A stretch of 64,000 bases of DNA, taken from Selaginella moellendorffii. Lineage: Eukaryota; Plantae; Lycopodiophyta. The position numbers were made by a program, and so were the translations under genes. The notes under the pieces were generated by a model. That model worked only from the letters and a program-made list of their open reading frames with translations. It had not been told where the DNA came from and made no database searches. The DNA lies in contig NW_003314261.1 in NCBI RefSeq assembly GCF_000143415.4, forward strand, positions 2,677,266 through 2,741,265. Reading direction: 5' to 3'. Positions within the stretch are counted from its first letter, which is position 1. Every line of letters starts with the position of its first letter. Shown here one piece after another: positions 1-12,267 of the stretch.

Positions 1-24
1 GAGAGGCTTCTCGAGGTCGGACAT
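1..24 (-). CDS. Probable first codons of a gene running off the left edge (MSDLEKPL...)
   Basis: Minus strand reads ...cctcgcag ATG TCC GAC CTC GAG AAG CCT CTC. A pyrimidine-rich acceptor lies directly before the ATG, and a GAG|GTACGT donor at ~272 suggests a 5'UTR intron at 25-272. Only 8 codons are visible. Confidence 0.35.
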
Positions 25-906
25 CTGCGAGGAAGAGAGAGCGATGGGGGATTACTCCGGCAGGAATCGATGCGACGCCGCGAAGGACAGATTCTCGCGA
101 GGAATGGATGCAGCGAAGATATTTCGAGACGAATCGGAGGTTTTTCACGAAGAATCCTACTGCATGCATGAAGCACTGTTCTTGTCGACAAAGATTTGGG
201 AGGAGGAGAGGGTAATGATCATGCAATCGATGCCATTGCAAACGGAGTGGAGATTTCGCGAGAAAAACGTACCTCGATCGAAATATTGGAGCTGCGGGTC
301 CACTCGAGATGCCGACGTGAGAGAGCGCCTCTCGCTTCTCACAAACAATGCCTAAATAAAAGAGAAGGCGATTCTACAGGACCAGATTTAATCTTCGCCG
401 TCGGAACCGCTGACGCGTCAGATTTGTTCCTCCACGGAATGTCCACGCGATTTGTATCATAAAAGAATGCCTGGATTGATGCCAATCTCAATGCCTGGCA
501 TTTTACTTTTTTCTATAGCTTCAAACGTGGAGGGAAAATTTGTGGGCGCGGGAAGTCCGTACGCGCCATATGGCCCATCTCGTGTTCTAGATTTTCCTTC
601 CACCCAGTGAGTGAGCTCGATAGAAGGTGCTAGGGTTAGCGCCGGGCAGTGCGAGCGGCGATGGCGCTTTGATCCACCGAGGTATGGATTGGGTTTCCGG
701 CCGTGATTTCGAGGCTACATTGTTATGTTGATGGATTCGCAGCGCTTTGGATGAATAATCTCGCGAACTGGATTTCTCCCAAGAACAATGTCGATAGGTA
801 TTTGTTCTAACGATCTAAGACCCGCGCTTTAATTCTATTGGATGTTTCAGATGCTCCTGGGTGTCCAGCTTGTGACAATGAACTTTGGAGGTTGCTCTAG
901 ACAACA

Positions 907-2635
907 ATGTCCACAGGTACTGCTTTTCTTCTTCTATTTTCCTAGAAACTCTTCTTTTGTCTTTTATCAGAGACTCCTGGCGCGCAGAGAAGGCCCGTAA
1001 ACAAAAGAGTTAACGCTGAAGGTGGTGGTTTCAATGCGGCTTATCCTCACAAAGCTTTCAAAACGGTGGTGGCGATTCCTCCCACTAATGCTGCTGCTGC
1101 TACTCCTGGCATGGATGGTCAGTTGTGTACTCCGTTCCAGCAGACTTTGAAGGAGGCATACTCAACGCCGTCAACTGGACGAACACTTACACCGCTCACT
1201 CCAAAGCTTTCGGGGAAGCGAGACGTTGTCCACAGGCTTAGACAGCAGCTCAAGAACCGGGACGAGATGATCATGCAAATGCAGACTCAGATTCTAGAGC
1301 AGAGCCGGATTATCCATGTGCACCAGTTACGGATCGGTGATCTCGAGCTTCTTTTGACGGCAGCAAATAGATCGCTGTTTGTAGCAGAGCAGGAGATTGA
1401 ACAGCTGCAAAAGCTGCTGGCCGAGTGCTGTAGTTGCCGGTCCGCTTCGTGCCAAGTTAGGAAACTGGGGAGCCTACATGTTGAAGACAAAGTTTTCAAG
1501 GCACAGAAGAGATGGACGTGTGAAAACCAGCACAAGGACATGAGAGATTTGGTCTCTGAAGCAAGAAGGCTAACGGAAAAACTTAAGGTCGTTGGAGAAA
1601 ATAAGCGAGGTCAGGCACGAGAGTACGAGAAGGAAGTTCGAAGAGTAAGATCAGAACTGTCGGAAGCAAAAAACTTGGCATCAAAGAATGCGTCACTCTT
1701 CCAAGCTTGTGACAAGGAGCGAGCGAAGCTGAGTGGGACCTTGACCAAACTCCAGCAAAAGCTCGAGTCTCAGGTTTGTGTAGTTTCTTTCTGTGCCTCC
1801 GTGTGTCTTTTTTATATTTAACATCATGCTTTTCCTTTGACAGGCAATCAAGCTAGAGCACAGAAGAGCTAGCAGATTTTCCGAGTTTTCTGGCGATCCC
1901 GTTGCTGTTTGCACTGAAGGGCAAGAGTCGGAGAACATGGTTGATGCAAGGTACGGTCTCACTTATTTAATGTTCTTAATAATTTTGGCTTAGTATTTTC
2001 ACAGTGCACCTATGTGTTCTTCTGCGAGCCACTCCTCGTCAGTTGGGACAGGCATGGAAAGTGGCGACTTCACAGCCGACTGCAGAGATATCCAGTCTCC
2101 TCCACCAAGTCAGAGGCGTTGGGAGGACGAAATCTCGCAACTTTCGTTCGAGATGAAACAGGTGGTGGTCAGAGACAAGGAGCAGGATAGTCCCAAGCAC
2201 AGTACTGAAGAATCGCCCGTGGTTAGAATAGGCAGCCCGGAGGCTTACGTCCGCAGTAGAAGTAGGAAAAACAGCAGCAGCGAGAGCAGCGATGGCAGCT
2301 TCAAGAGGTTTGTGTTCGACATGAACCGCGACAGTGGTGGCGGAGTTGTGATGCTCAATCACACCGACGAGAGCTACTTTGGAACGAGGATACTTCCATC
2401 GGCAGGAGCAAGCCAGCCAGCGAGTACCGCGACTCTCTCACCGTTTTCGAAGATGATGGCCAAGCTTGATTTGCTGCAGCCATCGCCAGCGGCGTCCTTG
2501 ACTGATTCTTTGATCGTCGTGGAGAAGATCGAGCGAAGTATTGGATCAGTGGACTCTGCCTTCGATAGAATTCTCTATGACAACACGTTGGACGACATGG
2601 TTAGAGTTTGCTCGCCACCCGATGGTTCCGAGTGA
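907..2635 (+). CDS. Uncharacterised coiled-coil protein (spliced, ~4 coding exons)
   Basis: ATG 907. Exons ~907-916, 971-1773, 1844-~1949 and 2005-2635 with GT-AG borders. The middle is heptad-rich (KRDVVHRLRQQLKNRDEMIMQMQTQI...LFVAEQEIEQLQK) and the C-terminus is Ser-rich. Confidence 0.7.
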
Positions 2636-3093
2636 TTTCAATTTTGGTTGTACATTTTGTTGATGCGTGACCTACCATTCCAGGTTTTTGCCGTGCTTTG
2701 GATTACCACGGTTTGTGTGAGGAGTTTTTTAAGCTTCTAGCACTACTATAAACCTGTATACAGCTTTGAAAGTTATGGAGCATTTGTTTGTATTTCCAAT
2801 GTTGCTACTGTTAAAAAATGCAAGTGGAAGCGGCATGGATTGGCAAAAAAGGTAAAAGCTCTGTCAAGAACTACTATAAAAAAATGCTATAGCCAGTTAA
2901 AAAAAGTGAAAGGTGGATAGAAAGTTAAAAAATAGTTTAATAATATACTTTTTTGTGTTTTCTTGCCAATCTCTCTAAATTTATCATATTACTTTTAAAC
3001 AAGTTTTAAGATTGTAATCATTATAATTCTGATTCCATTTTTGCAACTACCATTCATCTTATATAAATTTCATTTGTTATAATTAATCCCACC

Positions 3094-3572
3094 CTTCCCT
3101 CCAAATATGTTAGCTTTGAAGACAAGAATAAAATTAATATTTTGCCATTGCATTTACCTTATGATTATCCTATTGATCTTATGCTGGGAAAATCATCACC
3201 ACTTAGTCCTATTTATAATCTTTCACTAACAAATTGGAAGCATTGCACATATTTTGGAGGGTTTTATTTGGCATCTTCTAATGCATTTATTTCTTTTATA
3301 TACAAAAAGAATGGGTTAATATTTGACTATTGTGGCACAAACAAAGTCACTGTCCCTCCCAATTAATTGAAAGGGTGATGAGTGTGGAAGCCAGTTTTTT
3401 ATATTTATTATGGCCACCTTCTCATTTGACTAATGCCCCATTGTTGATTTTTTTGATTATATATTTTAATGACATTTTATCTTCTCTGAGACTTAGAAGA
3501 ATATAACCATCATATTCACTCTGCTTACTATCTTCAAGAATACAGTTTTTTTTACGAAGTTGAAGAAATGTT
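3094..3572 (+). mobile_element. Highly decayed Ty3/gypsy reverse-transcriptase fragment
   Basis: LPLHLPYDYPIDLMLGKSSPLSPIYNLS and FIYKKNG..DYCGTNKVT resemble gypsy LPPHRPYDCPIDL..PIYxLS and FVKKKDG..DYRGLNKVT. Downstream remnants YGH..LTNAP, (D)DILxFSETLEE and KLKKC occur in the expected order, with frameshifts. Confidence 0.7.
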
Positions 3573-4444
3573 TTTTTATTTAAATTTGATAGATTGATTA
3601 GAATTCAACTCTACAGCTGTGCAATCTATAATTATCATGAATGTTTCAATATTTCTTTGTTGGTCCTATTTATGGGATGATGAGTCTAGCTAATCCCACC
3701 ATGGCAGCAATTCTAACTCACAATTCTTGAAAATTTTATAGAAAATTATAAAAGTACCTTTAAGATTTCCAATATAATAATTTATAAATTGGACAATGAT
3801 CCTCATCGAGTTATTCTCACTACTACTATATGTTAGAACTTGTCCAAAGATTAAAAAGGCATCATTACAAAGATGGAGAAAAGGCCTCCTATTGCGGCTT
3901 TTATGAATGTTCATTCTTTTTTCAGGGGCTGTATCAAACTCTCACTCGAAACTTGAAGATGAGGATCATAGTCTAGTTTCTACTTGTTCTAGAATTAATT
4001 ACATATTTATTGGTCAATTAGACCAACTCAAAGCAAAGACTAATCAGAATTTGTGCACTAAGATTCCTGGAAAAAAGTTATTTAAAAACGTTATAGACAT
4101 TTTGGTAGCCAAGGTGGCATACTACCTTTGCGAGATGGAGTGATCTGATCAAGGCTCATTACAAAAATACTTAATGAGGGACCATGAGAGTGTGAGGTAA
4201 AGTAAGTTCTATTCTCCTCAATCGGGCACACGTGGAGAGTAATCACGTTGTATTGCAAGCTTGTAGCTTTCTAAAGCCTAATCTGTCCAATATTGCATAT
4301 AAATCATACAAAGAAGATATAGAGTTTGTCTAAAGCAAAGGAAGAAAGTCAGCATATAGTTATAGCTATGAAAAATCCAAATAGTTTCAAATTAGCAACT
4401 TCTATTTTGATCAGTATTTAAGTTTGGATTTATTTATGTCCCAT

Positions 4445-5450
4445 CTAGCTTTTGCATTGGAATACAAGACAACATTCCCATCCTTCTGGATGACCAATGA
4501 TGAGCTCATGACCACTGCCTAGGAGTAGACCACAAGCTAACATCTTTTCTGTCAAACAGCCCAAGAACTCCCTCAATAGAAAGCATAAGAACACAATTTG
4601 GGGCATGCATTCCACTTGCCCACACAAACCTTGCATCATTTTCTCCCAACTCGAAGCAAATGAGGTTACGTGCACCCGTCACATAGAGGGCATAATGCTT
4701 GTCATGGGACAAAAGCAAGCCACCCTCGGACAGCTTTGAGTTGAACGGACTGCTACTCTCCAATTCAAGCCCTGCAACTGAGCAATCTGTAGCTTCTGCT
4801 ATTCTGATGTATGTTTCAATGTTTCTTTGTTGATTTTTTTCGTGAATCTAGCTGATATGGCCATGGCGGTGGTGCTCGTGGTGTTATCAATGGTTGATAA
4901 CTAAATTCAAGGATATCTTTATCACGATGGGCCTCAAATTGACGTGGGTAAAGACCTGACTTAGGACTCCTGACGCTCAAGAGTCGAGCTCTCACCTTTC
5001 TAACGAGTACACCAAGTTGGATCTTGAAAATGTAGCCTGTGATATATGAGAAGGAGCCCGAAGAGCATCCTTGTCCACCACCAGTGGCGAGATCAGTGCC
5101 ATACAGACCGCAAGCCCAATAGACGGGTTGAGACCCAATTGTATCAAAACCTTGCAGTGCTCTTGCACCAGTTTCTATCGTTGCATCATCCCTGAGCCGA
5201 TTTATATGCTCAAGTATCATGTCTAGAGTCCTGTTGAACAACACCTCGACGTTGACATAGTCAGAGCCCTGTCACTGTAGTCCAACAGCTGTGGAGATTA
5301 TGTAGCATGAATCCCAACATCCAATAAACTGCCATAAGGAAAATTAGTGTCTCGAGTAGAAAAAAATAGGGAGAAAGAGAAAAAAGAGAAAAGTTCTTAT
5401 AATAAGGAAAGAGGAAAAAGAGATAAAGACAAGCTTATAGTTTTGTCTTA
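4445..5450 (-). mobile_element. Degenerate repeat, possibly a LINE 3' remnant
   Basis: Broken frames include CGQVECMPQIVFLC (weakly zf-RVT-like). The purine-rich tract at 5355-5440 resembles the reverse complement of 20670-20760. Confidence 0.3.
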
Positions 5451-6266
5451 AAACGTTAATTCTAATGCAAATAATTTTCTTATCGTTATAATCCACAAAT
5501 TAATAACCATGATTCTTCCCTTGGTGTTCTTCACGTCCGATCAATGGTCCCAGTCCATGCTCATGGCTACGAACTGGATGTTCGGACAGTTCCTCAGCAC
5601 CGCCAAGCCATGTGACAGCCAAGAGGGAAGATTCTTCATGTGTCGGAAAGCTCTTGCCTGGCATTCCAGTAGGCACAGCATTGGCCATCCTTAGCAAATG
5701 ACGGGTTCGCGAGCAGTATCACGCCGAGATACTCCCCGAAGTGATATCCTTCGCTTCATCGTCAAATACAGTAGTGAAGGAGTCCCACAGCGCCTGAGCG
5801 AGATCGATGTCTTGGTTGTCGAAGCCGCTGCAGCTCTCGGCCGTGGCATCCCGCCAAAACTCCTCGGAGGGATCCAGCAGCACGAGGGGAATGGCCAGGC
5901 GTCTTAAGGAGGCCCTCTGTAGGCGAGGTAGCGACGGCCGACGGCATTGAACTGGTATGGCTTCCATACCAGATCGCCTGGTCCCTCAGAGTCGATACCT
6001 CCTGTTGATGGGATCCGCAGTCGTCTTTAGATCGGATCAAAACTCGATGCTATGCATAACTGGGTGTTGTGTCTCGAAGCACACAAAGAAGAGTAATACA
6101 ATAGGGAGTCAGTCATGTGCATCGTCTCCATGGATGAGTCCGGCAGAAAGTGAAACATAAAGAGATACGAATCAAACTTACAGCTGTTTGATGTTTGCTA
6201 CGCTCGCATCGCAATCCCAAATCATAAAAAGGAGTCCTGTTGTTTTGTTACAGTGTCAAAATGGTG

Positions 6267-9047
6267 TCACTCGTCGGACTTCCGACGTCGGGTGAATCCC
6301 GGCTGTGGAAACAACAAGGAGGCTTCACGTGAGAACAACATTTGAGATGATAGAATACTACTTACTTGCAAAAGGAGGGACGGCGTCGTGGAGTTGCTTC
6401 TCGTGCACCGAATCCTGTCCGCCAGGGATGGACTGTTTGATCCACCAAGGTCCCAAAAGCTCCGCTTCTTGCTCGTGACTTCGGCCTTGGCGGGCGAGAA
6501 GAATCTAGACTTGGTCGCGCTTGGACTCTCGGGAGCAGCAGCTGGCTCTGGTACCCCTGGAGTTGCAAACGAGAGCTTCGATTTCCTCGCGGGCTTCATC
6601 TTCTGCTCGGAAGTGAGGGGAGCTGGCCGGCCAGATGGTGGAAGATTGGTAGCCAGGCCTCTCGGCGTCTCGCTTTGCATGGCTTTGCCTCTCGGTGTTG
6701 TGGCCACCACCCTCCCGTCCTTTTGCTGGCTTAGCTTCTTTATCATGTCGTCCTTTTGCTTCACTTGCATTGTCAACGCGGCGATGCTGTTGCTCATCTC
6801 CCCTTCCTTTTTCCTGTGCTGCCTTTGCACGCGTAGTGCCTCCTTCTCCATCATCTCGATCGCCTTTTTCAGCTCCCTTACGGTCTTCTCTGCGTCACGG
6901 TTGACACGAGGGGAGAGTAGTGCAGTAGCCTGGTACTCCGGGAACCGGTTTGGAGATGCCAGGGGATTCTTTACTGGAGACTGCAGCGGATCCTTCGTCA
7001 CCGAGCTGAACTGAAGCGCTATGTACTTTTGCTGCAGGCTTGCTAGTTGGAGTCTCAGCTGCTGGTTTTGCTTTTGCATTTCTAGAAGTAACTTTGTCTG
7101 TTCCTCCTGGGACTCTGGAATTTCCAGCTCTTCCTTGGCAGTGACCTGTGCCAGGGAGTGAGTAACTTAAAATACATATAAAGATGCAGGTCATTACCTT
7201 TGTTCGAATTTCTTTGGCTTTGTCAGCCCAGTGAAGTGTGTTTTGAGTCTCACCAAAAGAGACATGGCTTGGCGTGATGTTTGCTATCATGGCAGTTTGG
7301 CATGCTCCTCCCAGAGAGTCCTATTATCGCACGGTTCGATTTCACAATTACAATTTCAACTTGTGTACCTTTAGTAGCTGAGTAAGCTTGGAGTTTCTAA
7401 AAGGAACATGCTTGTCACCCTCGACCAAAGCTTTGATACATCTGCTTAGTGCAAGCAAGGATTTGTTGATATTCGCCCCCTCTATAGACCTTAAACTTCG
7501 CTGGTCGGTAGCCAGTGCTCTTTCCGATCCTGCAAGGTCAATAAGCGAAAGCTTTCCTATCCGTGTAATGGTACTGGTCTCCATTCTCACTTTGTACTCT
7601 GCAGTAACCTGTAGCTTGTTTGAATTACGTGCTGACAAAATGGAAAAGTAAAGTAATAAACCTGCAAGATAGCGTGCGATCGAGATGATGTTTCATTGAT
7701 CCGAGTCGGCTCCGTTGTTCTGTGCTGGTTTCCTCTTTGAAGCAACAGCATGACCTGGACGCATACAACGGAGAGTCATGAAATGCAACTCATCTGGTTA
7801 CAGAAATCGCTCACCTCTTCCGCGGAAAATGCTTGATAGTGAGTGAGCCCCGCGGTAGTTATTCCCTGTACAACGAGAGCATGAATCGACAATTAAAAAA
7901 CCAAACTGACACAGACCTTGTTGTCCTCTCGTATAATCAGCGGCCGTCCAGGCGATAGCAAATCCACGACAGTCTCGTTGTAGACCTCCAAGTAAGATAA
8001 GCTAACTAAATAATCACCGTCTTTACTTCGGTCCTTGAGCTTGGAAAAGAGGTCCTTAAGTGCCAAAACCATGACGCCGGGCTGACTTACGGTTCCCAGC
8101 ATGGTGTACGTCTTTCCGGCCCCTGTTGCCCCGTAGCAAAAGACTGACGCGTTTTTGCCTTGAAGAACTGCCTCTACGAGATCAGCAGTACTGGAAACAA
8201 AAGAGCGACTTAAAACGGCAAACTAGAAACAAAAGCACCGAGCATACCTGGTATCATAGACCTCTTGCTGCCCAGTGTTCTCGTGAAACACGGCATCAAA
8301 CACAAAATGGCGGCCTCGGACGCGCTTGAGCCGCAAATAATCCGTTTCCAGTTGCATCTCGGTGAGAAAGATATCCTTCTTGTCAGCAACACGCACAGAA
8401 CTTCGAGCACCAGCATCCTTTTCCTTCTTGGACAGTGGACGGAGCCGAACGTAGACCATTATCCTGCCAACTTCTTCAGGATCATCGCATTTCCCTCGAA
8501 GAAAATGTGATCTCAAGTCCCTGCGCCTGGATCCCGACCTGGGGGTGGTGCTCTCCCCTTGACCCTGCGGCGAGCTCGTCTTCTTACACCCAAACTCGAT
8601 GCCTGTTAGCACGGGCCGATCGTTGATATTCCGGTTTCCACACGAAGGAGGAGGAGTGCTGTACACCACAGTGGAGGAAACTGGTGGTGGACAAGCCAAA
8701 AAGCTTTCGTGCTGGATCCTTCCCTTGGACGAGCATCGCAGTAGCATCTTGCTGATTTCGTCGCTATCATCCTCTATATCCATCGGGACCACCTGTGCTT
8801 GAGCTTGCCTAGACGATGATCGAGTCATGACCCGGGGCGTGAAGAGACTCACACTGGCATGGCTAGTCTTGAGTGGCTGCTGCTGCGAGGAATTCTGGAA
8901 ATTTTCTTGCGGCGGCTCAGCGTTCTCCTTGAGAACCGACTGTGGAGCGAGATTTCGCTGCTTCTCTTCCACGAATCCGGCGGCATTGCTCAGCTTGCAT
9001 CCCAGTGGCGTCTTTCCCAGTGCAGACTGTGAGCGCGTCACAGGCAT
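6267..9047 (-). CDS. KIN8A: Kinesin-8 family motor protein (KIN8A-like), multi-exon
   Basis: Starts MPVTRSQ. Motor motifs [24 protein letters not shown] (P-loop), [39 protein letters not shown] and [13 protein letters not shown] are present, followed by a coiled coil and the C-terminus TPSLLLQ|[11 protein letters not shown] typical of plant kinesin-8A. Confidence 0.9.
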
Positions 9048-10155
9048 TTCTAGCCGCACGCATTCCCGGGAGGGAGGAAGCGAAGAACTCCCCCGGAGCG
9101 CTCGATCCCTAGAAAACCTACCTCGGAATTCGATGGCGCTGCTTGAAATTCCTCACGGCCACGCGATTTCCGTCGCACAGATCGAAAAAATTTCCTCCCT
9201 CTTCTCGTGGTATCGCTCGCTCGCTTCGCGCATACAATGCTCTTCTTCAAGCTCCCATAAATTGGAACGTTGGAGTTACCGGTTGCAGCCGGTTGCTACT
9301 ACCGTCTGTAGCCGGTTCTTTGGTTTTGAAAGTAGCCCTAATAGAAAAATGTATTAAGTGTTGTTATTATTTACATTTGAATAAAATATTATTTGTAATA
9401 TGTATGCAAACCTTTTCTTTTAATAATTTTATATACCATAGGCAGTTAAAAGTGCACAAATATCACAAAACATTATTTATATGTGAAACTGAAAAGGCAA
9501 GTCTAGGTAAAGTAATAGATTATATAAATTTTCCAAAAACTCACCATTATACTTTTAATATTGTTGTCGTTTGTTTAAGAAATGATTTGAAGAGGAGTTT
9601 GATTACTTAAATTTAGCTGACTTAGTTACCTCAGTTTATTTCTTTAAAAAAGAACACCCCATCTACTTTAGAGATAACAATCCAAAGCAAAAGAAGGAAG
9701 TTAGAAAATCACTATTCATAAAACACAATAAAAAGATTTTTATTGTGTTTAACGTAGCCTATGGACACATGCCATCTTCTATTGTGTAGATGTTTAAGAT
9801 ATTCCACTTCCTGGAATATTCCTTGATAGAATATTTTCTCCTTCTTATGACTATATGGAAGGAATTGACATTGTATTCACTTCACATCTGTAGAACTTCT
9901 CATGGCTATAACACATTAAGTGTCAACCCCCTTAACATGGCAACTATAATGGCCTAGAGAAAATTCTCATGCTCCTTGTCCCACATAAGCTAAAACTTTG
10001 CTCGAGCACCTTGAGCACTTCCAATGCCAGGCTTCGAATGCCAGTCCCTCCCACCGGCACTTGTCCGATTGGTTCTCCACGGACACAAAATCGAAATGTT
10101 AGGGCAACATTGCTGTGGCGCCACACCATAAACCCTAAAAAAAATTAAAACTTTT

Positions 10156-12267
10156 ATGGATCGGATGGAGGTGGATCGGGCGGCAAGGGTCGAGGCGGCG
10201 CTAGCAGGTGAATGCTTCAGTGTGGATTTCGTGGGCGATGCACACCGGCAGGTTTACCGGCAAGTTCTAAAGCTTCGCGAAGATGCCAACATAAGCATGC
10301 ACTACTCGCCCTACTCTCCCTTCGTGCAATCGTCCTGTGTCGGCAAGACGAGGTGTGTGCTGGAGATGTCCACACTGGGGGTCTACATTTGCTACTGCAG
10401 CCTGGCGGGCAAGGACTCGTCAGCTTATCCGCCACGGACGGAGTTCCTCGCGGACAGGCTCGCCGAGAGCTTCACCGAGCTGGAGATGGTGCTCTACTTG
10501 AATGCTTGGGTCCTAGTCCTGGCCGTGGCATTGGAGAAAGGAACTTCGGCCGTGGAGTGGAAGGACAGGCAATTACCTGGGAGCAATTCCGGCATCGCCC
10601 AAGCAGTGAGGGAGAAGTGGGAAGAGCTCATTGCTTCACATCCAGCAAAGGGCTATGAAGAGGACAAGCGTGACAGGGATCTCGTGAATGGTGAGATTAT
10701 GAACGATGCATTGGAGCGGGTGCAAGAGCTCTTGGATGGTGATCACGACGATGAAGACATGGACATGGACAGGATGGATTCGGACAGCCAGGGCGAATTG
10801 GTAAATCTTCGAGTCATATTCGTGTTTGACGAGGCCAGGGGTCTGACTCTGCCATCAGACACCCCATTCTCTCAACTCCGCCGGGCGCTCAGAGTTTTTT
10901 TCGTGTGGACTGCCTACTTTGCGCTCCTGCTGGATACAACTGCGAAAGTGAGCAACATTTTGCCGAGAAAGAGCGACGAGGACAGTAGCAGGGCCTTGAA
11001 GATCGGGATCTCCTTGCTGCCTCCGATCTACTACTTGCCAACACTGCAACTAAACATGCCCAAGCCGGGCCTCAGCGTTGTCGAGTATAGCGCTCCATCA
11101 ACCTGGATGAAGTATGGAAGGCCGGTGTGGGCCGCCAGAATGGCTCGGGAAGGACAGAGTGAAGTGGTTTTGAGGACCAAGTTGTTACCGTGGGCTCAGC
11201 AGAAGCTCATGGGTGGTGAAATCAGCGACGAGTTCGCCAAGGACGGGAAGATGACAGAGAGCCAAGCGATGGCATTGCTTGCTGCTGCAACAGGCCTGCA
11301 GGTGTGTCCTCGCTGCCCGCTGGCTGAGAAATTGGCAGCGTCGCATATGAACCTCGTGTTACGGGTGACGAGAGACAGGTCGCGGGTTTTTGTTGCGCTG
11401 CCGGCAGAGCCCATCCTCTCAGAGGCAGCTGCTGGGCTTCTCAGGTCCGAAAAAGTGAAGCAAAATGCTCTGATGCATATGGAGGCGGCGTGCTTGGCTG
11501 GCTACGCCACTGGGGGACCCCGTGGCGAGTTTGTGGCCAAGTTTATCTTGGCTGCTGCGGTTTGGGACTTGGCCAAGGCAAAGCAATCAGGTGGCTGGTA
11601 CCTTCGACCGATCAAAGTGCGGGACTTCTTTCGGACGCTGCTTGTGAACAATAAGCGGGACATAACTACGAAGGAGGCGTTCAGCAAAGTTGTGTCCGGG
11701 CTGCCCGCAGGTGGTCTCCTGTTCTTCCATTCTTTTGTGGTGGTGGGAAAAGTCCCAGATACTGCATTGCTGTGCCGATGCTTCGCAGGAGGTCTTGCCA
11801 TCATGTATCAAGCGGACAACAATATGCCCGGTGCCAATCTCATTCTTCCTATCTGGACTCCTCAGGGGATGACTTGCTGTGTTGTGTCCGTGAAGAATCA
11901 GTCGCACAAGGGCTGGTGGGAGGGACCGTCATTGGAGTTCCTCAAGTCTGAGTTCACCAAGCTCAAAGTTGGCACTAGGATACCCATTGTTATTGTCCTC
12001 ATGTCAATGCGGGAGCCAGCAGTTGCTGCCCCAAACTCTTGGATTCTGTGGGATGGGGAGGATAAGAGATATCTCCAGCTGACATGCTATGGCCTTGATG
12101 GCAACTACGGTTACCTGTCCATGGAGGTGAGGGGCTTGCTCAGGAACATACTTGTAACCAGGCCGGATCCTCTTAAAGATGCAGAGGATATTGAAGCCGA
12201 ATGGATCAAGAAAATGCTGCCGTATCAGTACGAGGAAGTCCCTGACTTTGTTGTGTCTTTGGCATGA
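10156..12267 (+). CDS. Intronless P-loop NTPase + PD-(D/E)xK-like nuclease protein of Crinkler/RHS (CR)-effector type
   Basis: 703-aa open ORF. Walker A-like YSPFVQSSCVGKT, Walker B VIFVFDEA, family motifs LRRALR, LDTTAKVSN, YGRPVW, LAASHM, PAEPILSEAAA and GPRGEFVAK, and C-terminal PGANLILPI...VVSVKN resembling the REase core (GxDLIIP...QVKN). Confidence 0.7.
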   Translation: MDRMEVDRAARVEAALAGECFSVDFVGDAHRQVYRQVLKLREDANISMHYSPYSPFVQSSCVGKTRCVLEMSTLGVYICYCSLAGKDSSAYPPRTEFLADRLAESFTELEMVLYLNAWVLVLAVALEKGTSAVEWKDRQLPGSNSGIAQAVREKWEELIASHPAKGYEEDKRDRDLVNGEIMNDALERVQELLDGDHDDEDMDMDRMDSDSQGELVNLRVIFVFDEARGLTLPSDTPFSQLRRALRVFFVWTAYFALLLDTTAKVSNILPRKSDEDSSRALKIGISLLPPIYYLPTLQLNMPKPGLSVVEYSAPSTWMKYGRPVWAARMAREGQSEVVLRTKLLPWAQQKLMGGEISDEFAKDGKMTESQAMALLAAATGLQVCPRCPLAEKLAASHMNLVLRVTRDRSRVFVALPAEPILSEAAAGLLRSEKVKQNALMHMEAACLAGYATGGPRGEFVAKFILAAAVWDLAKAKQSGGWYLRPIKVRDFFRTLLVNNKRDITTKEAFSKVVSGLPAGGLLFFHSFVVVGKVPDTALLCRCFAGGLAIMYQADNNMPGANLILPIWTPQGMTCCVVSVKNQSHKGWWEGPSLEFLKSEFTKLKVGTRIPIVIVLMSMREPAVAAPNSWILWDGEDKRYLQLTCYGLDGNYGYLSMEVRGLLRNILVTRPDPLKDAEDIEAEWIKKMLPYQYEEVPDFVVSLA

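Noticed and set aside
5500-6160. GC-richer coding-like stretch downstream of kinesin
   Set aside because: Only short broken frames with no recognisable motif. Possibly a pseudogene, but unsupported.
6388-7014. 208-aa plus-strand ORF
   Set aside because: Antisense to the kinesin tail exon with no independent motif.
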